Made by a program: the position numbers and the translations under genes. Under the pieces are notes generated by a model. The model made no database searches. It was not told the DNA's origin and saw only the letters and a program-made list of their open reading frames with translations. Positions 41,728 through 54,504 of a stretch of 64,000 nt of DNA are shown here, piece after piece (within the stretch, counting starts at the first letter, position 1; each line of letters begins with the position of its first letter). Where the stretch lies: assembly GCA_951406725.2 (NCBI GenBank), contig OX597832.1, positions 46,376,001 to 46,440,000 on the forward strand, written 5' to 3'. The DNA comes from Octopus vulgaris. Lineage: Eukaryota.

Positions 41728-41944
41728 GGCGACGGGCTGACAGAATCGTTAGGACGCCGGGAGAATTGCTTTGTGGTGTTTCGTCTGCCGTTACGTTCTG
41801 AGTTCAAATTCCGCCAAGGTCGACTTTACCTTTCATCCTTTCGGGGTCGATTAATTAAGTACCAGTTACGCACTGGGGGCGATGTAATCGACTTAATCCC
41901 TTTGTCTGCCCTTGTTTGTCACCTCTATGTTCAGCCCTCTGTGG
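41728..41944 (+). mobile_element. SINE family B
   Basis: GGCGACGGGCTGACAGAATCGTTAG...GAGTTCAAATTCC...GGGGTCGA. Confidence 0.88.
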
Positions 41945-41986
41945 ATGTATATGTTTATTTATTTAGACATATATTATATATAGTAA

Positions 41987-42245
41987 AGGCGCGTGGTTTA
42001 GTGGTTAGGGTGTCAGCATCATGCTCGTAAGATTGTGGTTTCGATTCCTGGACCGGGCGATGCGTTATTTCCTTGAGCAAAACACTTCATTTCATGTTGC
42101 TCCAGTCCCCTCAAATGGCAAAAATGCGTAACGCTGCGATGGACTGGCGTCCTGTCCAGCTGGGGAACACATACGCCATTGAAACCGGGAAACCGGGCCC
42201 ATAAGCCTGGCTAGGCTTTAAAAGGGCGCATTTATTTTATTTTAT
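41987..42245 (+). mobile_element. tRNA-derived SINE family D
   Basis: A box TGGTTTAGTGG, B box GGTTTCGATTCC, (TTTTA)n tail. Confidence 0.85.
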
Positions 42246-42303
42246 ATTGTATATATGTGAGTCTGTGTATGCGTTTGTGCGTACATGCATATATATATAT
42301 ATG

Positions 42304-42372
<69 letters not shown>

Positions 42373-43769
42373 ATGTGTGTGTGTGTGTGTGTGTGTGATA
42401 GATAAGTTAGTATTCACTTAATATATATCATATTATATATGATCCATGTATTTCTGGAATGTAAAATAATACATTACTACACAAGCAATTACGAGAACAT
42501 AAAAACATTTTCTGAAACGATAGACGTATAGATTCCTAAATGTATATGTTGTTTCTCATTCTTTGACTTACAGAATCAAACATGTCCACACACTAATACA
42601 TACACACGAATAAAGAAGCATATTATCAGTATCATACACACATATACTTATACCGAGAAGGATCATTCTCAACGTATATAAGTTAGATGCTGTTACCACT
42701 TATTTCTTGGGCATTTTCATTCACGTGATGCTGTTACTGAATCCTGCAGTCTTTCGAGTGAGCTCTATATGTTTGGGATCCAAAGAATGCTCGTTCATCG
42801 ACAGAGAAATCCTTTATTGTTATGTAAATGGTTATATAATATATAATGGTAGATTTTTTTTTCTGGTTAAGTGCATTCTTCAAAATATCCTGATTTATTT
42901 TACATTTTATTTCTGTAAGAAGAACAGATGTGAGAGCGTATTTGAAGTTAAGGCAAAAAAACTACAGAGATAAATAAGATAACGTATTATTCTGATAACT
43001 CTAATGGATCGTTTGTGCATTTATCTTCTTTCTTCCTTTTTTTTTTTTGCTATTTTGGCTGAGAAGTGGAAATGGTTTTCTGTCTTTTTATTATTTTTTT
43101 TGTCAAAATCCACAACTGATGAGGTTGATGCGTACAGTATACTTGTTGATCCCCTCTTAGTCGATACTAAGTAAACACAAAGGTCACTCTATAGTTTCTG
43201 TAAATTTAAAGAACAAAATGGGATACGGCAAAGCGTTTGCAGCAGAATCAAGACTATAAGTAAATAAGGCATGAAAGAATATTCCAGTAAACAGAATACT
43301 GAAAAATCCGGCCTGGAAGCTACAGAGTTGACATTCGAAAGGGCCAGATCTATTTCCAGCAATACATACAGAAGAAAACCGCGTAAATAAATGCGGTGTA
43401 TGGCAGTGCGTGGGCGATGTTATCTGGCTAAATGATACACTGTATCGCATTAATAGCTGTAATTTATTATATATATATATATATCTATATATATATATAA
43501 TTAAGGTTTTCGCAACAGGTTGCTTCACCACATACCGAAAATTTAGAAATAGCAGCCATAGGCAGCTAATTCCTTTCACTACAGATATGACTCCACAGAA
43601 AGCAATGTTTGTAAATCACATAGGCAAAAAGGAGAAAAATAACGAAATCAAACAGTCCACGATTAATTATGGACGCGTTTCTTGATTAGAATTATAAAAA
43701 ATTCATTTCCTTTATGAACATAATATTTCGAGAATTCTAAATTTGAAAAATGCTAGAAAACCTACCCCT

Positions 43770-43804
<35 letters not shown>

Positions 43805-43808
43805 CATG

Positions 43809-44016
43809 TGTCAAAATGTGACCTCGTGTGTACCGTTGGCGATTTTTTTTCCTCTGTCTTCCCTTCTCTGGATCTTTCCTTCTCCTATGTTTCCGACGAA
43901 GAGCTCCGCTCGAAACGTTAAACCCTCCTTTGCTTCTTTCCTGACCGTCCAATAATACTATATTTGTTCCACGTCCTCGCGCTGTTGTGTTTATTTGTGT
44001 TTTCTTGTTTGGATTA

Positions 44017-44020
<4 letters not shown>
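43809..44020 (+). mobile_element. short (TA)n-embedded element with hammerhead motif at 43889-43924
   Basis: GTTT CCGACGA A GAGC-TCC-GCTC GAAACGTT A AAAC; second copy at 50733-50942. Confidence 0.75.
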
Positions 44021-44062
<42 letters not shown>

Positions 44063-44598
44063 TATACATGTGTGTATGTATACTTCGTCTTTGCATCCCG
44101 TTTGCAAAGATTCTTTATGTGAATTCGTGTGTTGAAATAAAATTTTGTTGTGTCTAAGGAGAGTCATTGTACTAATATTATTAACACGCGAAGCGTTTCA
44201 ATTCCACCCTTTTATTATTAGCCAATTGGCGAAATATCCAACTAACTAGTCGATTGTTTGTTTAACTTGGTTAAACAGTAAGTCGTTTGTTTGGTTTGTC
44301 AAAGCTCTTTCGTTGCTAACTGTAAATTTTTCAGTGATTTTCTCTTAGTTTGTTACGAAGGCCACGTTTGTCTGTCCGAGATCTTGTCGTGTGCCTGACA
44401 ATGCACATATGCTCTAATGTAACATATTATATTTACAGCTAGTTATATTGAGCTAGGAAGATAGAAGTGTTATAATACTTTTCTAATCTAGGCACAACAC
44501 CGGAAATTTTGGCGGAGTGGAGGGGCAATCGATTAGATCGAACCCAGTACGCAACTGGCACGGTGATCGCCATAAACTTTAAGCTTATATAAATAGTA

Positions 44599-44650
<52 letters not shown>

Positions 44651-44653
<3 letters not shown>

Positions 44654-45225
44654 GGGTGGCGAATACAGTTGGCTGCTAATTCTAGCATGTAAAATTGCCT
44701 GTTAAAGGGTAATTTTCTATTTTGAAATACGAATACGTTGTCTACTGACATTTTATACATGCTAGGCGACTGGTGGTGATATTCATAACGAGTATTCGCC
44801 ACCCTATATATATATGTACCTTATGAATATGTTCTTAGCATTCTCAAAGTTTCAGCTCGGCATTGTTTCTATTATTGACTGTAAATACGCCTGCACGCGA
44901 TATTTGAAAAATTATAGCATATAATGGTGAGACACGTGTTATCTTGTCTCTGAGTTATAAGCTAGTTGTTTAGGCTGGTTACTGACGAGGATTCGCCTGT
45001 GAGATAATATGGTCTTGCTAAATTATCTATTAGAAGATAGCAAACGATATTATTCTGCTTAAGAAATCCGAAACCATGGTATAACCGTTATATAACGAGG
45101 TAAAAGTTTTTATTTTTCATTTACTTCGAAATTTGCTATAAAATTGTGGTTTTGTGTCCGTGTTGATTGCTATTTCTAGCATGTAAAATTGCCTGTTAAA
45201 GGGTAATTTTCTATTTTGAAATACA
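44651..45225 (+). mobile_element. Penelope-pLTR/retrozyme-like unit, period 494 bp, with ~60-bp terminal direct repeat
   Basis: TCTAGCATGTAAAATTGCCTGTTAAAGGGTAATTTTCTATTTTGAAATAC at 44681 and 45175, (TA)n flanks and an internal hammerhead. Confidence 0.8.
44965..45096 (+). ncRNA. type-I hammerhead ribozyme, canonical core
   Basis: Helix I GGTTA (44977-81) / TAACC (45082-86), extendable to GTTGT/ATAAC; CTGACGA at 44982-88; helix II GGATT/AATCC with a long paired insert; GAA at 45070-72; palindromic helix III ACCATGGT. Predicted cleavage after GUA at 45081. Confidence 0.87.
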
Positions 45226-45228
45226 TAC

Positions 45229-45259
<31 letters not shown>

Positions 45260-45431
45260 CATATACACACATTCGGATTAATGGCGGCATATAATTATTT
45301 ATTATGAAATATAATAAAATAAATTATCTGTACATGCTCTAAGTTACGAAGCAATTTGTTGGGAAATTTGAATTTTCTTATCGTTAAATGTATTTTCATC
45401 GACTATTTATTTCCTCATTTATAACTGAATT

Positions 45432-45467
<36 letters not shown>

Positions 45468-46159
45468 TGAGAAAAAAAAACCAGAGGGAAAAATAGATAG
45501 ATAGATAGATACAAGCATATATACATATTTGCATTCAGACATGCGTACATATATTTACACATACATACATACTTATACCCATCTTTCCGTTCATTAGTAA
45601 CAAGTATTTCAACAAATGTTTAAAATCTCTTAGAAAAACTTTCTTAAATATCGTCGTTGTATATTTAAGAAAAACAATCACGCTATATCCTCTTCCATTT
45701 CAATTTTTAATGTAGATATTTACAATAACTTTCAAGTTTTAAAATTCTCTAATCTTTTATTCTATTTTCCGATATCGAAGTAATAAAAATATTATATACA
45801 CTATACTTTTCATTCACCGATAAAAAATAAAAATTCAGATGTGGAGAAAAGTAGAATGGAATTCTTGTGTTCGCAGATTGACCGAGACTAACCATGGAAG
45901 GTTTCATAAATGGAAGGGAGGTAACTCGAATAATATTATCCTATTTAGCTCGGTGCGAAAGAATGACAATACATGTATCAGTGTATCTTACCTGCCGAGG
46001 TGTTTGGTGAAAACAAACCCCATGTTTAGATTTTGTTAGAGCTCATTAAAAAACTGTATATATTCCTACTATTTTCCTAGACATTGATCCTTGGATCCTA
46101 TCTTTGCTTAAATATATATATACACAAACATACATATATAGATACCGCTAGTTCCCAAA

Positions 46160-46469
46160 GTTTTTTTTTTATTCTCTCTCTGTTTATATCGTCCTGTGTT
46201 CCTTTCTGTTGAAGAGAGTTGGCTCGAAACGTAAAAGACTTTCTCACCTTCTCGAGCGTTAAACTAGTACACATACTTGTTGTTTATACACCTTTCTTCG
46301 TGTCCTGTTTTCCTGTAAATTTCATATATATATATATATACATATTTCAAATTTACAGGAAAACAGAACACGAAGAAAGGTGTATAAACAACAAGCAGGT
46401 GTATTAATTTAACGCTCGAGAAGGTGAGAAAGTCTTTTACGTTTCGAGCCAACGCTCTTCAACAGAAAG
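46160..46469. mobile_element. foldback element, 121-bp arms (46202-46322 and 46349-46469), each with a hammerhead-like motif
   Basis: CTTT CTGTTGA A GAG(A/C)-GTTG-GCTC GAAACGT A AAAG on both strands, with about 6 mismatches between arms. Confidence 0.85.
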
Positions 46470-47390
46470 AAATATACATACATACATACATACATACATA
46501 GATACATACATACATACATACATAAATGTGTATGTATGTATTATGTATGTTTGTATGTCCTTCCAAATAATCGCGTATATACATATCTATATACGTCTGT
46601 ATAAATACATAAGTATAATATATATATATACGTGTATGTAGAATATAATGGCACATGAAAACATATGTGTGTACACATATACAAAAAGTAAATTACGGAC
46701 ATATTATGCACAGATATATGTGTATATGTGTTTGTCAGCTTGTATATATGTATGTGTGTGTACGTGCGCGTGTGTGTGTGTGTGTGTGTGCGTGTGTGTG
46801 TGTGTGTTCTTATTTATGCAAGTATTTGAAACAGCTTTGCTATTTGAAATATATTCTTGCTGACAAACTGAGTTTTAATTTATCTTCTCCGGCTTTATTT
46901 TGTTTTGTTTTTTTGGCGTACGAGTTTCGTACAGTTTAAACGAGTTTCGCACAGTTTATACTGTGTTTCTGCTTCTTTTAGTAGCTATGGCTGATGTGAT
47001 AAGTGTCGACGTTAATACGATAATTGGCACTATGACCGTTAGATGTTTATGTCGTCAGCCATACCTTAGTTTTTGGCTTATATATTAATATATCTTCTCT
47101 TGTTATTTACTGCCGTCGGAGCTGGCGATATTTCGTCAACCAATATAATCATTGTTTTTTTGTTAGCATTTGTCGTTTACAATAGATCACTTCTCTGGAC
47201 GTTTACTGCAGTCTGACGCTTTCTAAACAACATATTCAAATTAGGATTCTCAGCTAATCAATATTTGTTACCAAGACTACTACCGTTGCTAATAGTTATA
47301 TGTGTGTGTATGTATGTATGTATGTATGTATGTATGTATGTATGTATGTATGTATGTATGTATGTATGTATATATATACACATATATATA

Positions 47391-47590
47391 TAGGGAGAAT
47401 TTACGAAAAAAACAAAAGACAAAGACAGGTGGTGTACAAAACAAAAAGATGTATTAGTATAACGCTCAGGAATAGAAAAAGTATTTTATGTTTCGACCCT
47501 ACGCTCTTCTACTGAAAGGGACACAGAAAAAACAAGGAGAGAAACAAGGAGAGAAAAAAATGTGTGTAGTGGCTAACGATCTATCATCGC

Positions 47591-47593
<3 letters not shown>
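47391..47593 (-). mobile_element. degenerate member of the 43.8/46.2 kb hammerhead-bearing family (partial copy at 52501-52570)
   Basis: The minus strand reads CTTTCAGTAGAAGAGCGTAGGGTCGAAACATAAAA...TTCCTGAGCGTTATACTAATACA. Confidence 0.7.
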
Positions 47594-47628
<35 letters not shown>

Positions 47629-47634
<6 letters not shown>

Positions 47635-47763
47635 GGACAAGAACGCTAAACATCCAGACAGTTAGGTGATACAGAAAGGGACATCAAAACATCCAGATAG
47701 ACAATACAAGGAAACAAGGACAGGTCATTCGGAGTTTTCTTTCTTCAGTCGAGTTCCAGATTA

Positions 47764-47800
<37 letters not shown>

Positions 47801-48026
47801 TATATATATCTTGTGCTCCTAGCTTAGATTTTCCTTGGGGCTGAACAGATTGGAGCAATCTCAATTATTACCAGCCGAAATTGCATAGATAATCTGGAAC
47901 TCGACTGAGGAAAGAAAACTCCGAATGACTCGTCCTTGTATTCTTTATATCGTATGCCTGAATGTTTTGCTGTCCCTTTTTTGTATCACCTAGCCGTTTG
48001 GATATTTTGCGTTCTTGTCCCATTTT
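47629..48026. repeat. foldback element, ~135-bp inverted arms (47629-47764 and 47889-48026)
   Basis: GTCATTCGGAGTTTTCTTTCTTCAGTCGAGTTCCAGATTAT versus ATAATCTGGAACTCGACTGAGGAAAGAAAACTCCGAATGAC. Confidence 0.85.
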
Positions 48027-48086
48027 TTGTATTTTTTATATATAAAAATATAGCGGCGTACGTACACTTTGGTCTCTTATAGCTAA

Positions 48087-48536
<450 letters not shown>

Positions 48537-49061
48537 ATATATATATATAAATTTTGTACGACTCTATGATTCTTTCTATTCTTTCATTCTTTCCTTCTTT
48601 CTATCAGTCCCTTCACACTTACTTCGTTCATTCTACTCTTCGTTCTTATATACCCCCTCTCTCTCATTTCCTGGCGTTCTCTTCATTCTCACCATCCCTC
48701 CTCTTTCACTTCATTCAGTCCGTTTCATTTTGTCTCGCCCTGTCTTTAATTCTTTTATCCCTTAGTCGAAAACCACCCGTTGTTAATGTCCTTTTACTTG
48801 TATTTGTGTACCAGTTCTGCGTTTTTTCCGTACTTGTTTTCGTATACATTCGGTGCTTTCTTTTAAGGAATCTAATGCTCTTAGCTTTGTTTTTCCTTGG
48901 GGCTGGCCAATTTCGAGTGTAACCAACCGAAATTGCAAAGATAATTTTTTAAAAAACAATCCCTACTACTTCTGCTACTACAATAGGTCACTGTGAGATC
49001 ACTTGACCATTTAAGCAGATTCCACGGACAGCCTTTACTACTGGGTGTTACCAGTCCGTTT

Positions 49062-49200
49062 TCTTCTTCTTCTTCTTCTTCTTCTTCTTCTTCTTCTTCT
49101 TCTTCTTCTTCTTCTTCTTCTTCTTCTTCTTCTTCTTCTTCTTCTTCTTTTTCTTCTTCTTCTTCTCCTTATCCTCCTCCTCCTCCTGCTTCCTCTCCCT
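49062..49200. repeat. (TTC)n/(CTC)n microsatellite
   Basis: Direct reading. Confidence 0.97.
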
Positions 49201-49944
49201 CTTCATCGCTTCTTCCTTAAACAATCAAGCTTCAGAACGAAATATATCTTTGCACCCATAAACTAAAGAACCTTGGTGCTAAAAGCGCATCTAAATGTAA
49301 CCCAAGTCCCTTATCTTTAAACAATCAAAAACCCTAATATATTCAAAATATTTCTGACTAATAAAAATCAGAAACAAAGGAACAGCGCTGAGAGGAGATA
49401 TGAATAATGCAAGACTTCCATCGCACATACAAACGAATCTGACAATTTGTTGATTGTTTTACAATTCACTCACCTGGTGGCGAATGATTTCATTACGACA
49501 CTAGTTACAATAGAATGCGTAATGTGTATAATACAATACAGCGCCGCGCAATGAAACTGGTCATGTCCTCGCAATATTGATGTTATGTCATCTGATAAAA
49601 GTTTTCAAAGGCAGATTAATTTAGTTGTGAGCAATATTCATTAATTTTTGATTTCTTCATTCATTACATATTTGCAGAAAAAAAAAAGTTTTATTTTGTG
49701 TAGTTTTACTGACCAGGAATTAGTATTGATTGCAACTGTTGAGAGTGATACTGGACATGCTTATTGAGAACATGTAATTTGTCGTCTGAATAAAAAATAG
49801 GTGAACTGGTGAATAATTTCAGGACGCAAACGAATATCTAGCAAGGAAGGATTGGGTTCCGTTGATATTTCGATAGCTAGTGAATGGATATATATATATA
49901 TATAGTGTACAAAAAGAAGATAAGTCAAGATAAGTCATACATAT

Positions 49945-50106
49945 AGGCGCAGGAGTGGCTGTGTGGTAAGTAGCTTCCTTACCAACCACATGGTTCCGGG
50001 TTCAGTCCCACTGCGTGGCATCTTGGGCAAGTGTCTTCTGCTATAGCCTCGGGCCGACCAATACCTTGTGAGTGGATTTGGTAGACGGAAACTGAAAGAA
50101 GCCTGT

Positions 50107-50145
<39 letters not shown>

Positions 50146-50366
50146 ATGTTTGTGTGTCTGTGTTTGTCACCCTAGCATTGCTTGACAACCGATGCTGGTG
50201 TGTTTATGTCCCCGTCACCTAGCGATTCGGCAAAAGAGACCGATAGAATAAGTACTGGGCTTACAAAGAATAAATCCTGGGGTCGAGTTGCTCGATTAAA
50301 GGTGGTGTTCCAGCATGGCCGCAGTCAAATGACTGAAACAAGTAAAAGAGTAAAAAGAGTAAAGAG
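49945..50366 (+). mobile_element. SINE family A, full length
   Basis: Near-identical to 1929-2389, with tail hairpin CAGTC-AAAT-GACTG then (GAGTAAAA)n. Confidence 0.92.
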
Positions 50367-50732
50367 TATGCCGAAACAGAGATTGTTACCGATCAGAAAC
50401 AGTAACAAGTATTACATTCGGTATTTAAGGTTATTCATTTCAGGTATCAAGAGAGAGATCTTGAGAAAGACATTTGTGGTATACTCAATTCAACTTCCTT
50501 GTAGTTATAACCTGTTGTTATTCAAGTGTCAGTAAATTGCGTAAGATAAATAGGTATGTTATTGTCTTACGGTCGTCAGATGTTGAACAACATAACACAA
50601 CACAAAATAGACGCATATACCTATTTATAGTATTTATATACACAAATAAATGTGTGTATGTGTATGTGTTTATGTGTGAACGCGTGAATCTCTGTGTGTC
50701 TGTATATCTGCGTGAGTGTGCATGCGTGTGTG

Positions 50733-50942
50733 TGGTGACCGTGTGTGTACTGCTGGCGATTCTTTCCCTCTGTCCTCCCTTCCTTGGATCTTTACTTTTC
50801 CTATGTTTCTGACGAAGAGCTCCGCTCGAAATATTAAATCCTCCTTCTTTCTTTCCTTTCCTGAGCGTCCAATAACACTATACTTGTTCCACGTTCTCGC
50901 GTTGTTGTGTTTTCTCTTTGTGTTTTCATGTTTGGATTAACT
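50733..50942 (+). mobile_element. short element with hammerhead motif at 50805-50840
   Basis: GTTT CTGACGA A GAGC-TCC-GCTC GAAATATT A AATC; homologous to 43809-44020. Confidence 0.78.
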
Positions 50943-51292
50943 ATATGTATATAAACATATACATATACCAAAACCACTCACTCGGTTTTAGCTTACGTCC
51001 GCCCGGAGCTATGGCAGAAGAATGTTTTTAAAGTTGGCCTGTAGTGGGAACGAGCAGAAGCCCACACTTTTGGGAAGCAGTCTTCTTAACCACACAGCCA
51101 CACCTGCGCCTATGGTTGTCTATCTTGATTAATTCACAATCATAACCTTGTCAATTGTGTATCCCACAATTTAGGCTTCCATTTCTCTTGTTTTGAAATT
51201 AGGCATGATAATTGAATGACTTTCACACTTTCACAGAATTACATTTCTACCGTCCACGTAACATTACGGTTGCAATATCTAGTAGCTGGCAG

Positions 51293-51840
51293 AAGGCGAT
51301 GAACTGGTAGAAACGTTAGCACGCCGGGCGAAATGCGTAGCCGTATTTCGCCTGCTATTACATTCTGAGTTCAAATTCCGTCGAGGTCGACTTTGCCTTT
51401 CATCTTTCGGCGTCGTTAAATTAAGTACCAGTTACGCATTGGGGTCGATGTAATTGACTTAATCCGTTTATCTGTCCTTGTTTGTCCCCTCTATGTTTAG
51501 CCCCCTGTGGGCAATAAAGAAATAAGAAACGTTAGCATGCCGGGCGAAATGCTTAGCAGTATTTCGTCTGCCATTTCATCCTGAGTTCAAATTCCGCCGA
51601 GGTCGACTTTGCCTTTCATCCTTTCGGGATCGATTAACTAAATACGCACTGTGGTCGATATAATCGACTTAATCCATTTGTCTGTTCTTGTTTGTCTTGT
51701 CTGTATTTCGTCTGCCGCTACGTTCTGAGTTCAAATGCCGTTTCGGGGTCGATAAATGAATTACCAGTTGCGTTCTAGGGTCGATCTAATCGTCTGGCTC
51801 CTTTTCCCAAACTTTCGGGCCTTGTGCCTAGAGTAGAAAT
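51293..51840 (+). mobile_element. SINE family B multimer (head plus repeated internal units)
   Basis: The GTATTTCG.CTGC...CTGAGTTCAAAT..CG unit recurs at about 51343, 51559 and 51703. Confidence 0.87.
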
Positions 51841-52344
51841 GTATATCTGGGACGTTATCTTGCCATGCAAACTTACGAGGACATGGAAATAATATACAAA
51901 TTCATTGGGTTCATTGAAAAGGATAATTCAACAACGTGTTACAACAGCCACTTGGATGTGCACAATTTGTAATTTTCCTACTAATTCCAGCATTTTCTGA
52001 TGTAAAACTCGCTTAGTAGCACACTGTGTCCATAGACTGAATTTCGTTTATGCTTATACAATCATTCCTGCTACATTTTGCAAATTAAGCTGTGTAAGGC
52101 AATTTGCAAATACTGCTAAGTGCGGCTGGGTTTCCTCTTTGATTTGTCATTAACACGTCGGTCCAGGCAGATTCTCAATTATTTTAGTTGCCTAAATATT
52201 CTCTCCTAGAAACAATAACATCTTCCATATTGTCTGACAGGGCGCACAAAATTAATACAAATACATACATATATATCTACATGTGTGTATATATAAACAT
52301 GCTTCCCAGTTTGCATGCACATTGTATATTTCCAAATACAAACA

Positions 52345-52410
<66 letters not shown>

Positions 52411-52469
52411 CGTGTGTGTGTATGTATGTATATATATATAAATATACATATATATATATATATACATAC

Positions 52470-52501
<32 letters not shown>

Positions 52502-52567
52502 AGGGAGAGTTTACGAAAAAAAACAAAAGACTAGGACAGGTGGTGTACAAAACAAACAGATGTATTA

Positions 52568-52617
<50 letters not shown>

Positions 52618-53348
52618 GTGTGTATATGTGTGCGAGTCTGTTGTTTGTGTTTGTATATGTATCTGCCTTATCTGTGTGTTTGTGTGTGTAACTAAAGAAC
52701 GGTAAAGAAGGAGATGTTCCTACACGACCTAGGACTTCTGTGTTAGTAATAATAGATAATAACGTTTAAATAGTAAACGTTGTTAAGCTGTGGACTGAAT
52801 GGAATCCTCATCAGAATAATAGGATAATGACGGTCGATCAACTATTTGTTAGTATTGGTAGCAAAATAAGTAATTGGATTTTCTATTCTTTATCGTTTTG
52901 TTGTTACTGTTGTTGTTGTTCTGATTCAAAAAAAAGGTAAGACGAAAAATTTAAAAAGAAAACAGAAAAAAAACAAAAAAGAAAATGGAAAAGACATCTG
53001 CTTAAATCAATAACGTGAGAATATAATGGGGTTACAAAGTGGATTGGAGATGTTTGAGAGGCATAGATAATGGGCGAGTAATAGATGGCATTGAATGTTC
53101 TCCCTGCATGTTTTGAAAGGTATTGTAACAGAAGTTATATTGTCATATTATAATGTATTATTCAATTTCGTTAAAAGCTCTCCAAATAATATCAGGCTGC
53201 TGGTTTTCTACTTTAACAAAAAAAAAATAAATAAATAAATAAAATAAAATAAAACCTACCTAATCGATGAAATGTATAATGCCTGACATTATTATTTTGG
53301 GAATTATTTTTGTTGCTGTTATTACTAAGAGCATTAACATTACAACCG

Positions 53349-53357
53349 TTATTATTA

Positions 53358-53409
<52 letters not shown>

Positions 53410-53450
53410 CATTATCTTCATTATTATTATTATTATTATTATCATTATCT

Positions 53451-53529
<79 letters not shown>

Positions 53530-53760
53530 CTTCGTTATTATTATTATTACTATTACTATTATTATATTTATTATTATTACTATTATTATTATTATTATTA
53601 TTGTTGTTGTTGTTGTAGTTGTTATCATCATCATCATCATTATCATCATCGTCGTCGTCGTCATTATTATTTTTGCAGTGGTTGCTGTTGTTATGGTGAT
53701 GTTATTTATTATTATTAATTTTATTATAATTTTGCTTCTTATTATTATTATTATCATGTC
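53349..53760. repeat. compound (TAT)n/(TGT)n/(CAT)n microsatellite
   Basis: Direct reading. Confidence 0.97.
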
Positions 53761-54439
53761 TTCATCACCATCATAATTGCCATCATCACAAACGTCATTG
53801 TCCTCATCATTATAACCATTATTTTTTATCTATTAACTTAAAGCGTTTACGTTATGGTTTTTCATTAGTACTGATATTTTTGTTCTCATTGCCAGACTCA
53901 TGTTTCCGATGCAATAAAATTTAGGCAAACAGTTGTTAACGAATTACGTGAATAATATTTTTTTGTGTCATTTATATTTATTTATTTTTTCTTTTGATTT
54001 CTTTTGTATTAGACAAAATTCCCAAGTGAGTAAAACTGTGTAAATATTCGTCCCGAGGGAGGTTTAAATTAGTACGTCTGTGTCTATAAAAGACGCATGA
54101 CATTCTTTTATTATCGTGTATCATAACAGCCACTACTGCAAAAATAGGAGAATTACATGAGCAGTTCAACCGAGAAGCAAATGTTAATACATGACTTCGC
54201 AAATATATTTGGAATCTTAACATTAAATTTTAACAAATTATTGATTCTATTTTCTTTTCCTTGTATTCCAAGATTCTAATCCACAAAAGTAATGGCTCTT
54301 GTAATATCGACAACGGATAAGTTAAAAGGCAAATATATTTAAGAAGAAGGCTACATACGAGTAATGCATATATCGTCATTTATGGCAAATTTCAAAAGAT
54401 GAGCACTTGAATCATTAAAGACCACAATGGAGAAAAAAT

Positions 54440-54504
54440 TATTGGGTTGTCCGGAAAGTTCGTGCGTATTTATAGTAGCTTACGTTTCGACTTATTTTAG
54501 AACA
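54440..54504 (+). mobile_element. mariner-type left TIR fragment
   Basis: TATTGGGTTGTCCGGAAAGTTCGTGC; matches 21779-21804. Confidence 0.55.

Noticed and set aside
43116-43360. CTGATGAGG (43116) and CTGAAAAAT...ATTCGAAA (43289) as hammerheads
   Set aside because: The first lacks GAAA; the second has a broken core and helix III
46219-46452. Two nearly identical 62-aa ORFs on opposite strands (toxin/antisense-like)
   Set aside because: An automatic consequence of the inverted repeat, with TTG starts and no coding evidence
53260-53776. Poly-I/poly-L ORFs that look like membrane proteins
   Set aside because: (TAT)n microsatellite; the same applies to the many [12 protein letters not shown] ORFs throughout the window
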